From a virus: a DNA stretch of 33,614 nt. Where the stretch lies: positions 1 through 33,614 of the IMG/VR virus record IMGVR_UViG_3300000052_000059, one strand, 5' to 3'. The translations under genes and the position numbers were made by a program. Positions within the stretch are counted from its first letter, which is position 1; every line of letters begins with the position of its first letter. The notes beneath the pieces are model-generated. The model worked only from the letters and a program-made list of their open reading frames with translations. It was not told the DNA's origin and did no database searches. Shown here piece by piece: positions 8,593 through 17,347 of the stretch.

Positions 8593-9042
8593 ATGATTGG
8601 TATCGAATGGCTCAAGGAGAACCTGCAAAGGGTTTTCATGTTGCCTACGCCAGTCGTGGAATGGCTCGTTATGGTTTACGATGCCATTCAGGTGTTTGAC
8701 GATATTGCCGATGGCGACACGGTTGAGCGCAAAGACCTGAATGCGACCATTTGGAACACAATGGTTGGAATGCATCAAAACCAATTTTTTATCACAAACA
8801 GCCACCACCTCGTGCCATTGCTGGCAACAGCAATCATGAAGTGGCAAGCCTCCGACCAAGCAGAACGTGCAGGCGAAGCTGATGCCAGATCATTCGTCTG
8901 GCGTGCAGGCTACTACGACCTGATCTTGATGGCCGTATCGCTTACGCATGGCCCAGGCTTTGCCACAAAGAATGCTCATCTGGTCATGGAGTTATATGGC
9001 GAGAAATTTGAAGATTACATGAAGGAGTTCGGCAATGCCTGA
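8593..9042 (+). CDS. Helical hypothetical protein (149 aa) with an Asp-rich FDDIADGD motif
   Basis: AGGAG at 8582..8586 sits 6 nt before ATG 8593. The track start 8527 has no SD. The protein is predicted helical. Function unknown. Confidence 0.5.
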   Translation: MIGIEWLKENLQRVFMLPTPVVEWLVMVYDAIQVFDDIADGDTVERKDLNATIWNTMVGMHQNQFFITNSHHLVPLLATAIMKWQASDQAERAGEADARSFVWRAGYYDLILMAVSLTHGPGFATKNAHLVMELYGEKFEDYMKEFGNA

Positions 9043-9964
9043 TCCAGTCACAGCCCTAGTTGTTGGTGGAACCCAACTTGTTGGAAGTTCAATGCAGGCC
9101 AGCGCAGCTGGTGATGCCGCAGCCATTCAATCTGGCGCAGCACAAGCAGGCATTGAAGAACAGCGCAGGCAATTTGAAGCCATGCGTGAATTGCTCAAAC
9201 CTTACACAGAGGCAGGAGTTCCTGCACTTGCAGGACTGCAACCATATGCGCAAGCAGGAGCGCCAGCACTTGAACAACAGCAGGCATTGCTTGGACTGCG
9301 TGGCCCAGAGGCTCAACGTGCGGCCATTGCAGGCATTGAAGGCGGTGCTGGCTACCAAGCACAAGTTCAAGCTGGTGAAGAAGCATTGCTTCAGCGTGCA
9401 TCGGCCACTGGTGGCTTGCGTGGTGGCAACATCCAAGCCGCACTTAGCCAATTCAGACCACAAATGTTGCAACAAGAGATTGAAAGACAATATGGTCGAT
9501 TGGGTGGCATGGCCGACATTGGTCGTGTCACGCAACAGAACTTAGCCCAGATCGGTCAGTCTTCAGCAGCTGGTACTGGATCGGCAGGATTGCAAACAGG
9601 CACCAACGTGGCCAATTTGCTATCTCAGCAAGGCGCAGCATTAGCCGGTGGCGAACTTGGCGAGGCCAAAGCCTATGGCCAGCTCTTCAATCTGCCAGCT
9701 CAATTCCTTGGTATGCAAATGGGGGCAGGTGGTGGAAAATCTGTTGGAACACCAGGATTTGGTAATCTTTTTAGTGACCGTCGTTTAAAGAAAAACATCA
9801 AGAAAATCAGCACACGACCTGATGGATTAAACGTCTACGAGTTTGATTACATCTGGGGTGGTGGTCGTCAAATTGGCCTTATGGCACAAGAAGTGCAAGG
9901 CATGTATCCGGACGCTGTGTCTGAATCTGGTGGCTATTTGATGGTCAACTACAGCAAGGTCTGA
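9035..9964 (+). CDS. Gln/Ala/Gly-rich protein with a C-terminal Peptidase_S74 intramolecular-chaperone domain (309 aa)
   Basis: The C-terminus FSDRRLKKNIKKIS..GLNVYEFDY....IGLMAQEVQGMYPDAV matches the S74 autoproteolytic chaperone signature of trimeric fibres and spikes. Confidence 0.7.
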   Translation: MPDPVTALVVGGTQLVGSSMQASAAGDAAAIQSGAAQAGIEEQRRQFEAMRELLKPYTEAGVPALAGLQPYAQAGAPALEQQQALLGLRGPEAQRAAIAGIEGGAGYQAQVQAGEEALLQRASATGGLRGGNIQAALSQFRPQMLQQEIERQYGRLGGMADIGRVTQQNLAQIGQSSAAGTGSAGLQTGTNVANLLSQQGAALAGGELGEAKAYGQLFNLPAQFLGMQMGAGGGKSVGTPGFGNLFSDRRLKKNIKKISTRPDGLNVYEFDYIWGGGRQIGLMAQEVQGMYPDAVSESGGYLMVNYSKV

Positions 9965-9975
9965 GGAAAAAAAAC

Positions 9976-11397
9976 ATGGCAATCAATCCATTCCAAGCAC
10001 CCATCAACTACGCAGTCGATGTGCAAAGCCCATTCGAGGCTGTACTTAGTGGCTTCAAAATTGGCGCAGCTGGTGCAGAGGCACAAGCACAAGCACAGGC
10101 ACGCGAAAAGGCAAAGACAGCGCAAACAGAACTCACAGCTTTGTTCAATAATCCTAATGCGACAGCCGCAGACTATGCACGTGTTACACCTTTTTTACCA
10201 AAAGATCAGGCCGAAAGCGTGCGTAAATCTTTTGAGATGCTTACAGCAGAACAACAACAAAGTTCACTTCGGAATGCAGCTCAAGTTTATTCCGCAGTAA
10301 AGTCTGGTCAAGTTGATATTGCAAAAAATCTGCTAAAAGATCAGGCAACCGCATTTCGCAATTCAGGTCGTGAGCAAGATGCCAAAGCAACTGAAAATTC
10401 TCTACAGTTAATTGAACTTAATCCAGATGGTGCTCAAGCAATAGTTGGTGTTATGACCGCTATTCTTCCAGGTGGAAAACAATTGCTAGAAAATGTTGAT
10501 AAAGCATTGTCAACAATTAGAGAAGAATCTAAAGCTCCAGCCGCATTGACTGAGGCCATTGCAAAAGCTGACAAAGCTGTGGCAGATGCTAAAACAGCTC
10601 AGGCCACGGCCACCAACGCGCCAGAGAAAGCAGCCGCTGATGCTGCATTGGCAACTGCACAAGCGCAAAAAGCGCAGGTCGAGGCCAAGTACGCAGAACA
10701 GATCACACTTCAAGACTTGAAAAAGAAAGCCGCTGATCTTGGACTTACACAAGCCCAGACTAGTTCTGCATTGGCACAAACCAAAAAACTTGGTGTTGAA
10801 ACTCAAAGAGCTGCACTTGAGTTGGAAGCGCTCAAGGCAACTGGTGGAATGGACCCAACCAAGACATTCGAGCAGGAAGAAAAACTGCGCAAGGAATACC
10901 AAGGCCGCACTAAGGTCTATGGAGAACTTGGAACCACGTTCAACAACATCCAGTCTTCAGCAGGAGCAAAGACTGGTCCAGGCGACATTGCACTAATCAC
11001 CGGATTCATGAAAATGCTTGATCCAGGCTCAGTGGTGCGCGAAACAGAATTTGCCACGGCTCGCGATACAGCTGGTTTGTACACACGACTTGAAAACAGT
11101 TTAAAGAAAGCTGAAAGCGGTCAATTCTTACAGCCAAATCAAAGACAAGAATTTGTCAATCTGGCCAAGCAATATTACGAATCAGCTCAAAAGAAAGCAG
11201 AAGAAGACAAGAAAGCTCTTGGAGTAGTTGTCAAAAATTATCGCCTCAATGCTGAAAATGTGTTTGGACCTGAACAAGCGCCACAAGCACCATTGCCAAC
11301 TAGTGCAACTATTGGAGGTAAAACTTACCCAAGGCCAGCATCATTTACTGATGCACAATGGAGCGACTATCTTAAAGCCAATGGGGTGATTCAATGA
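9976..11397 (+). CDS. Internal virion / ejection protein candidate (473 aa), coiled-coil rich
   Basis: GAGGA SD. Long Ala/Gln/Lys coiled-coil stretch. The C-terminal block GPGDIALITGFMKMLDPGSVVRETEF is recalled from podovirus internal proteins. Position equals the P22 ejection genes. Confidence 0.5.
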   Translation: MAINPFQAPINYAVDVQSPFEAVLSGFKIGAAGAEAQAQAQAREKAKTAQTELTALFNNPNATAADYARVTPFLPKDQAESVRKSFEMLTAEQQQSSLRNAAQVYSAVKSGQVDIAKNLLKDQATAFRNSGREQDAKATENSLQLIELNPDGAQAIVGVMTAILPGGKQLLENVDKALSTIREESKAPAALTEAIAKADKAVADAKTAQATATNAPEKAAADAALATAQAQKAQVEAKYAEQITLQDLKKKAADLGLTQAQTSSALAQTKKLGVETQRAALELEALKATGGMDPTKTFEQEEKLRKEYQGRTKVYGELGTTFNNIQSSAGAKTGPGDIALITGFMKMLDPGSVVRETEFATARDTAGLYTRLENSLKKAESGQFLQPNQRQEFVNLAKQYYESAQKKAEEDKKALGVVVKNYRLNAENVFGPEQAPQAPLPTSATIGGKTYPRPASFTDAQWSDYLKANGVIQ

Positions 11398-13418
11398 GTC
11401 CAGAAGAATGGTTGGCATCACAGACTAAACAGGCAGCTCCAGCAGCTCCAGCAGCTCCTGCCCCTGCATCTACGGCCACAGCGCCAACTGCAGCAGAAAT
11501 GTCACCAGAGCAATGGCTTGCTTCACAGCAACCAGCGCCATCAACAACGGCAACAGGTCTTGCTGGTGCGGCAACTAGGGGCGTGGCTTTGCCTGCGGCA
11601 GGTGCAGCCTTTGGTGCAATGATGGGAGCACCATTTGCTGGTGTTGGTGCAGTTCCAGGAGCAATTGCAGGTGCTGGCGCGGCTACTCTTGCTGGAATGG
11701 TTGCAGATCCAATTGTAGGCTCGATTAACAGCATGTTTGGCACAACCTACACATTGCCCACTGATGCTCTACAAGATCTCCTGACCCGTGTTGGTGTCGC
11801 TGAGCCAAGAACAGCAGCAGAACGAATCATCCAGACAACAGCAGCTGGTGCAAGTGGTTCAGTGGGCGGTATTGCTGCTGGACAGGCGTTGCAGGCCGCA
11901 GGTAGAGTTCCAGCAAAAGCAAAATCATTAGCAGATGAAGGTAGCGCAGTCACTCGTGAAGTAGGAAGATTGTTAGCAAGTACACCAGTATTACAAACAC
12001 TTTCTGGTGGAACGGCTGCTGCCTCTGGAGCTGTTGCAAAAGAAGCAGGTGCTGGACCTATTGGTCAAATTGCCGCAACCATTGGCGGTGCATTTGCTCC
12101 ATCAATTCCATCGATGGTCAAATCAGCAACTCAGGCAACGGCCAAGGCAGTCGCACCTAGTGGAGCTGGCATCCGTGAACAAGTCGAGCCAACATTCCGC
12201 GAGTCGGTGCAAAGCATCAAAGCCACAGTCGGAGAGAAAATCTCGCCAGAGAATCAGCGAATTATCAAAAGTCAACTTACGCAGACGCCTGATTCTGTTG
12301 ATTTAGTAAATGTTCGGCTTTCAGGCACGCAGGTCGTACCTGATAACGAAGCAGTATCGGCCATCAAACAAGGCTGGAAAGATGGCACAGTCGCCAGCAT
12401 CAAAGCAGCGACCGATAAAGATCGCAACGCCATGACCAAAATGCTCAACATTTTTAAAATGGGCGAAAAGAGCGAAGCATTCAGGGCTATGAACAGGCCA
12501 GCCGACATCCTTGGCGATACAGTTCAATCTCGCGTGGACTTTCTGGCCAACTCAAACCAACAGGCAGGAAAAGCCATTGACAGAATTGCACAAACCAAAC
12601 TTCGTGGTCAGTCCGTTGATTACGACCCAGCTGTCAACACCTTTTTAGATGATCTTGGTTCCATTGGCGTAAAAGTCGAAATGGATCAAAATGGGCTTGC
12701 AAAAGTTAATCTACAAGGCTCACGCATTGAAGGCGATACAGGTGCAGAAAGACTGCTAAACATTGTCTTAAAACGTCTAAGTAAAACAGATGCGCCAGAC
12801 GCTCTTGGTGTTCATGATGCCAAGCGTTTCATTGATACGCAGGTCAACTACGGAAAAAAGAACTTAGCCAACCCTTTGACTGCTGAAGCTGAGAAAGTTG
12901 TCAAAAATCTACGTAGAAATTTAAACGATTCGCTTGGAGAAAAGTTTCCAGTTTACAAAGCAGCCAACGAAAAGTATTCTGAAACCATCACGGCACTAGA
13001 TGATTTGCAAAAAGCCGCAGGTACTCAGATTGACTTTGACTCGCCAAATGCCAACAAAGCTCTAGGCACTGCTATGCGCAAGCTGACAAGCAATTACGGT
13101 ACACGCGCCAACTTGATCGATTCTCTTGACCAAGCCAATCAGGTAGCAGGCAAATATGGAATGAAGTTAGACGATGACATCGTGAACCAACTTATCTTTG
13201 TTAACGAGTTAGACCGTATGTTCGGAGCTGCTGCTCAAACATCACTTAAAGGCCAAGTCTCTGAAGCCATGCAAACAGGACTTGACATTGCCAGAGGAAA
13301 CGCTGCTCAACGAGCCATGGAGTTGGTAGCTGAAAAAGCTCAAAATCTTCGAGGAGTAAACAAGGAAAATGCCATCAAAGAGATGGAAAAGATCCTTAAA
13401 CGAAAGGCCAACCAATGA
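11394..13418 (+). CDS. Internal virion / ejection protein candidate (674 aa) with an N-terminal repeat and a Gly/Ala-zipper hydrophobic segment
   Basis: ATGA coupling. MSPEEWLASQ and MSPEQWLASQ repeat 35 codons apart. The hydrophobic GAAFGAMMGAPFAGVGAVPGAIAGAGAATLAGMV is followed by a long helical region. Confidence 0.5.
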   Translation: MSPEEWLASQTKQAAPAAPAAPAPASTATAPTAAEMSPEQWLASQQPAPSTTATGLAGAATRGVALPAAGAAFGAMMGAPFAGVGAVPGAIAGAGAATLAGMVADPIVGSINSMFGTTYTLPTDALQDLLTRVGVAEPRTAAERIIQTTAAGASGSVGGIAAGQALQAAGRVPAKAKSLADEGSAVTREVGRLLASTPVLQTLSGGTAAASGAVAKEAGAGPIGQIAATIGGAFAPSIPSMVKSATQATAKAVAPSGAGIREQVEPTFRESVQSIKATVGEKISPENQRIIKSQLTQTPDSVDLVNVRLSGTQVVPDNEAVSAIKQGWKDGTVASIKAATDKDRNAMTKMLNIFKMGEKSEAFRAMNRPADILGDTVQSRVDFLANSNQQAGKAIDRIAQTKLRGQSVDYDPAVNTFLDDLGSIGVKVEMDQNGLAKVNLQGSRIEGDTGAERLLNIVLKRLSKTDAPDALGVHDAKRFIDTQVNYGKKNLANPLTAEAEKVVKNLRRNLNDSLGEKFPVYKAANEKYSETITALDDLQKAAGTQIDFDSPNANKALGTAMRKLTSNYGTRANLIDSLDQANQVAGKYGMKLDDDIVNQLIFVNELDRMFGAAAQTSLKGQVSEAMQTGLDIARGNAAQRAMELVAEKAQNLRGVNKENAIKEMEKILKRKANQ

Positions 13419-13431
13419 AGCCCTCAATGCA

Positions 13432-13460
13432 TTGCCACAAGTGCAACCTTGAGCGACAAT
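13432..13460 (+). promoter_or_regulatory. Possible sigma70-type promoter ahead of the tail-fibre genes (TTGCCA-N17-GACAAT)
   Basis: Read in the 62-nt gap before 13481: -35 TTGCCA at 13432..13437, a 17-nt spacer, -10 GACAAT at 13455..13460. The host is unknown, so this is only a motif match. Confidence 0.3.
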
Positions 13461-13480
13461 TCGACCAGGAGAACCAATAA

Positions 13481-13966
13481 ATGAGCACGATTGAAGTCCA
13501 ACCACCATACCCAGCATTTGCTGGCGCTGACGGTCAGCCGTTGGAGAATGGTTATATCTGGATTGGTGCGGCCAATCTGTCACCACAGACAAATCAGATC
13601 GCAGTTTATTGGGATGCAGCCAACACCATTTCAGCACCTCAACCAATCCGCACTCTTAATGGTTATCCATCTCGCAATGGCACGCCTGCACGTTTTTATG
13701 TGGCTAGCGACTACAGCATTCAAGTGCTTGACTCCAAAGGTAGTGTTGTCTATACATCACTAAGCAATAATTCATCTGGCCGTGGATTTATTGCTTCAAA
13801 TGCAACAGGAAATGGCGTGCAAACAATTTTTGCTGTCTCATCTGGACCAAGTGCAATTTACATCAATGGCGTATATCAGAATCAAAACACGTACACATTT
13901 GCTGCTGGTAATGTGACATTCAGCCAAGCACCACCACTCACTTCGGTGATCGAATTCTTGATTTAA
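13481..13966 (+). CDS. Tail fibre/tailspike N-terminal anchor module as a stand-alone protein (161 aa)
   Basis: AGGAG SD. FAGADGQPLENGYIWIGAANLSPQTNQIAVYWDAANTISAPQPIRTLNGYPSRNGTPARFYV is the conserved N-terminal particle-binding motif of many podovirus tailspikes. Confidence 0.7.
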   Translation: MSTIEVQPPYPAFAGADGQPLENGYIWIGAANLSPQTNQIAVYWDAANTISAPQPIRTLNGYPSRNGTPARFYVASDYSIQVLDSKGSVVYTSLSNNSSGRGFIASNATGNGVQTIFAVSSGPSAIYINGVYQNQNTYTFAAGNVTFSQAPPLTSVIEFLI

Positions 13967-13976
13967 GGAGAACAAA

Positions 13977-14504
13977 ATGCTAAAGACAGTAACAAATTCC
14001 ATCAACGCCAGTCAAATTCAAACGCCAATTACGTTACCTGGTGATGTAACTTTAAGCACAGGCAACCTAGTCATTGGCACATCTGGCAAAGGCATCGACT
14101 TTTCTGCTACACCAAGCGCTGGCACAAGCGAGTTGTTTGCCGACTATGAGGAAGGTGCTTATGTAGGAACTTTGACTCCTTACACATCTGGAACGATTAC
14201 AGTTGCTACTGGAGCCAACGTAATTAACTATACAAAAATTGGCCGTGTTGTTTACATCAGTGGATTTTTAGAAGTTGGCAGTGTATCTAGCCCTGTAGGA
14301 CCAGAGGTTTTGCTAAACGTACCTTTTACGATTGCCAATTTATCAAAAGATTCTGGTCGTTTTGGTACAGCCATTTTTGCTGATGGTGCGTTAAGGGCTG
14401 TTCAAGGATTCAACAACGGAACATCTGTTTACATTACTATCACAGCCGCAGACATTGCTGCTGGTGATCAGTTTTACATTTCGTTCAATTACATTGCTGC
14501 GTAA
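13977..14504 (+). CDS. Tail fibre distal/receptor-binding module (175 aa)
   Basis: AAGGAG SD. GNLVIGTSGKGIDFSATP...ELFADYEEGAY...YTKIGRVVYISG matches a motif recalled from short phage tail-fibre proteins. Confidence 0.55.
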   Translation: MLKTVTNSINASQIQTPITLPGDVTLSTGNLVIGTSGKGIDFSATPSAGTSELFADYEEGAYVGTLTPYTSGTITVATGANVINYTKIGRVVYISGFLEVGSVSSPVGPEVLLNVPFTIANLSKDSGRFGTAIFADGALRAVQGFNNGTSVYITITAADIAAGDQFYISFNYIAA

Positions 14505-14516
14505 TAGGAACATTTT

Positions 14517-16364
14517 ATGGCACTTACTAAAGTCACTTATTCGATGATCCAAAACGCGCCAGCCAACATTGTTGACTTTGGTGCAGTATCAGGCGCAGAC
14601 TCAACAGCAGCAATCTTGGCGGCAATTGCAAGCGGTGCAAACAGTATTTACATTCCTTCTGGGTCTTATAAATATTCAAGCAACATTACATTGCGATCAG
14701 ATTTACATTTCTTTTCTGACAGTGGTGGAACATTGGTTAGGACTAACCAGTCTCGAATCAATACACCCGCCACTACTGAAGTAGCAATTACTGCTGCTCA
14801 AAATTTGGTGCGTGGAGATAACTACTTGGTTTTGGGTAGTGTAGATTACGCTGCCATTAACATTGGCGACTTTGTACGAATGACTACTGATTCGTCAGTA
14901 ACTAGCATTTTAGCGCCTTACATTGCAGCATCAACATCGGAATTAAACGATACGTCTGACAGCATTTATCAAGAACAAGTGTTCAAAGTGTTGCAAAAAG
15001 TTGGTAGCAATACAGTTGTGTTGGACAACACAGCTAAGACAACTTTTTTAATAGCATCTGGAAACCCAGGCGCAGTGTACAAAGTGTCTGGCGTAATTCA
15101 AAATGTGTCTTTTAACAATATAACTTTTCAAAACGCAGATACTGTTCTTGATAACAACACTGAAGATGCTGTAATAAATATCTATTACGTCTACAACTTT
15201 AATGTTGAAAATTGTGACTTTCAGTTAAATGCTAAAACAGGCGGTATTTTTTGGTCATGGGGAACTGGCAGTGTAAACAATTGCACGTTTACTGATATTC
15301 GTCAGTTGCCTATTTATGCTAGAGCAGGGATTCACTCTACAAACATCACCAACAATAAATTTGTCTGCTCAACAACTTCTGATGGAGGCGTATTCATTCA
15401 AGCATTTTGTTACAACATCATGGTCGGCAACAACTCGTTTGACGGCTCAAGAGCATTGAACACTAATACTGAAGGAATTGCTGCAATTGATCTTAGCTGT
15501 AGAGCCAACAACATTACCGTAACAGGCAACACTGTTGCTGGGTATGCTCAAGGCGTTCGCAGTTTGTTTGGCGCTATGTTAAACACAATTACAGGCAACA
15601 CATTTCAAGATTGCATGACGTTTGGTGTTGTATGCAGTGCCTCACCAGCTAATGTAATTTCATCTAACGTGTTTACAAATTGCGCCCAAAATCCAAGCCC
15701 AACGGCTGGTTTCTACGCAAACAATCAAGCAACAATCAACACGCTTAATTCAGAGCAGTTGATGATTAACGGCAACATGATTTACACAGATACTGACAAA
15801 ACTCAAGTAATTCTATCTGGCGCGTTTAACTATTTTCTAAATAATGTTGTAAATGGAACAGGAAGCATTGTTGTTTACGCATCATCTTCAGAGATTGCAA
15901 ATAACAACATAAGTTACGATGGTACTAGCGATGCTATAACTATCTCTGGTGCTATTGCTGGTGCTTTTTACAACAGAGTAACTGACAACACAATTTTTGC
16001 ATCAACAGCAAATTCTGCGATTACCTTAACGGCTGCCACAGAATGTAATGAAATTAGCTACAACACATTTAGCACTGTAGGGTACTGTGTTTACATCAAT
16101 ACAGGCAACACATCTAAAGCGCAATCAATCTATCAAAACACAAATAGGTTTTCAAATACAACAACAGCTATTCAGTTTAGCAACACAACCATAACTGCGC
16201 CAGTTATGCCAGCGACTGCGTCATTGCCAAGAAATTTCCGCATTTATGAAATGCTGAACCCAAACGACACCAATGGTCAAAAATTCTGGGAATTTTCAAA
16301 CACCAGTGGTGGTAGCAATAGATTTCAACAGTATGCATATACTATTACTCCAGTAAACATTTGA
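14517..16364 (+). CDS. Tailspike with right-handed beta-helix / pectate-lyase-like depolymerase fold (615 aa)
   Basis: The N-terminus VDFGAVSGADSTAAILAAIASGANSIYIPSGSYKY is a Pectate_lyase_3-type start. N/T/I-rich repeats (NNITFQN, NITNNKF, NNITVTGN) follow. GC is markedly lower (about 30% in line 15121). Confidence 0.75.
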   Translation: MALTKVTYSMIQNAPANIVDFGAVSGADSTAAILAAIASGANSIYIPSGSYKYSSNITLRSDLHFFSDSGGTLVRTNQSRINTPATTEVAITAAQNLVRGDNYLVLGSVDYAAINIGDFVRMTTDSSVTSILAPYIAASTSELNDTSDSIYQEQVFKVLQKVGSNTVVLDNTAKTTFLIASGNPGAVYKVSGVIQNVSFNNITFQNADTVLDNNTEDAVINIYYVYNFNVENCDFQLNAKTGGIFWSWGTGSVNNCTFTDIRQLPIYARAGIHSTNITNNKFVCSTTSDGGVFIQAFCYNIMVGNNSFDGSRALNTNTEGIAAIDLSCRANNITVTGNTVAGYAQGVRSLFGAMLNTITGNTFQDCMTFGVVCSASPANVISSNVFTNCAQNPSPTAGFYANNQATINTLNSEQLMINGNMIYTDTDKTQVILSGAFNYFLNNVVNGTGSIVVYASSSEIANNNISYDGTSDAITISGAIAGAFYNRVTDNTIFASTANSAITLTAATECNEISYNTFSTVGYCVYINTGNTSKAQSIYQNTNRFSNTTTAIQFSNTTITAPVMPATASLPRNFRIYEMLNPNDTNGQKFWEFSNTSGGSNRFQQYAYTITPVNI

Positions 16365-16377
16365 TAAAGGAAAAATC

Positions 16378-16626
16378 ATGGCTCTCGAAAAAGTTATCTC
16401 TGTCGATCTGATTGAAGTTGTTGAAAACGGCTGCATTCAGGTTCGTACCAAAACCGCTATCAAAGAAGATGGCGTTGAAATCAGCAGCCAATTCCACCGC
16501 CACGTTGTCGTGCCTGGTGCTAACGTAAGCGCTGAAGATGCCAAAGTGCAAGCTATTGCATCTGCTGTACATACACCTGAAGTGATTAACGCATTCAATG
16601 CAGCCAAAGCTGCACAAGGAGTCTGA
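16378..16626 (+). CDS. Hypothetical protein (82 aa)
   Basis: AAGGA SD and a clean ORF in the late operon. No recognisable motif. Confidence 0.5.
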   Translation: MALEKVISVDLIEVVENGCIQVRTKTAIKEDGVEISSQFHRHVVVPGANVSAEDAKVQAIASAVHTPEVINAFNAAKAAQGV

Positions 16627-16627
16627 C

Positions 16628-16981
16628 ATGTCCACCAATTCGCAAATTGCATTTACCCCCCTTGGTAAAACGATTGCCGTTGCAGCAGCTGGAACTGCAC
16701 CCACTGGCGTGCAAGCTCCTGTATACGAGAAGTTCAACCCTCAGAACGCAGGTCAGTACCGTTTCATCAATAATGGCACGACCACTGTGTTCTTAGGCAC
16801 TGGCCCAACCGCTGCACTGGCCCAGGCCGCTGCCGTTGCACCAGTCGCTGGCACGCCTTCAGACGCTATCGTACTGGTGCCTGGTGCTGTTGAAATCCTT
16901 CGCTTCAACATTGACACTTTCTTCAGTGGCTTGTCCAGCAGCGCTGCGACCGTCTACGTTACACCAGGCCAAGGCCTCTAA
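16628..16981 (+). CDS. Hypothetical beta-rich protein (117 aa)
   Basis: AGGAG at 16617..16621 sits 6 nt before ATG 16628. The track start 16598 lies inside the upstream gene. The C-terminal pattern weakly recalls the 111-aa paralogues. Confidence 0.5.
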   Translation: MSTNSQIAFTPLGKTIAVAAAGTAPTGVQAPVYEKFNPQNAGQYRFINNGTTTVFLGTGPTAALAQAAAVAPVAGTPSDAIVLVPGAVEILRFNIDTFFSGLSSSAATVYVTPGQGL

Positions 16982-16998
16982 TCGTGGAGACTGACGTT

Positions 16999-17214
16999 AT
17001 GGCAGCAGAAGGAAACGAGATCGACCTTGTCAAATATGGCGTGCTCTGGCAAAAAGTTCAGGACATGGACAAAAAGATGGACAAGGTAGAGCGCCAGCTC
17101 GAAGAACTGGTGGCGCTGGCCAACAAAGGTCGTGGAGGCCTTTGGTTTGGCATGACCGTGGTCTCAGGCGTGTCTGCCGTGGTTGGTTATCTGCTGAATT
17201 ATTGGAAGCATTGA
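16999..17214 (+). CDS. Small coiled-coil protein with a C-terminal transmembrane anchor (71 aa)
   Basis: GGAG lies 9 nt before ATG 16999 (the track used GTG 16984). TM segment LWFGMTVVSGVSAVVGYLLNYW. Confidence 0.5.
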   Translation: MAAEGNEIDLVKYGVLWQKVQDMDKKMDKVERQLEELVALANKGRGGLWFGMTVVSGVSAVVGYLLNYWKH

Positions 17215-17347
17215 AATATGTACTTGCGATTGTTTTAACACTATCGCAAGCATCATCAACTGAATATAGATGCGTCCGATGGGCATGGACCGGTGATGTT
17301 TTTAATCGCAAAGTAATATGCCTTGAGTGGAAAAAGGTAGAGCGAAA

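Noticed and set aside
8095-8859. A 254-aa minus-strand ORF, and other antisense ORFs in the late operon (for example 2274..2789, 9089..9535, 10510..10902, 11372..11743, 13242..13646, 16345..16737, 17302..17754, 32185..32655)
   Set aside because: Each spans several plus-strand genes or lies opposite a gene with clear motifs. There is no regulatory context on the minus strand within a 27-kb co-directional operon.
8593-9042. Isoprenoid or terpene synthase assignment based on FDDIADGD
   Set aside because: The protein is only 149 aa, with no second metal-binding motif. The similarity is confined to one short acidic motif.
17223-17250. Inverted repeat CTTGCGA-N14-TCGCAAG after the 71-aa membrane-protein gene
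   Set aside because: It has a 7-bp stem, a large loop and no U-tract, and nothing similar occurs elsewhere in the genome. Evidence is insufficient for a terminator or an operator.
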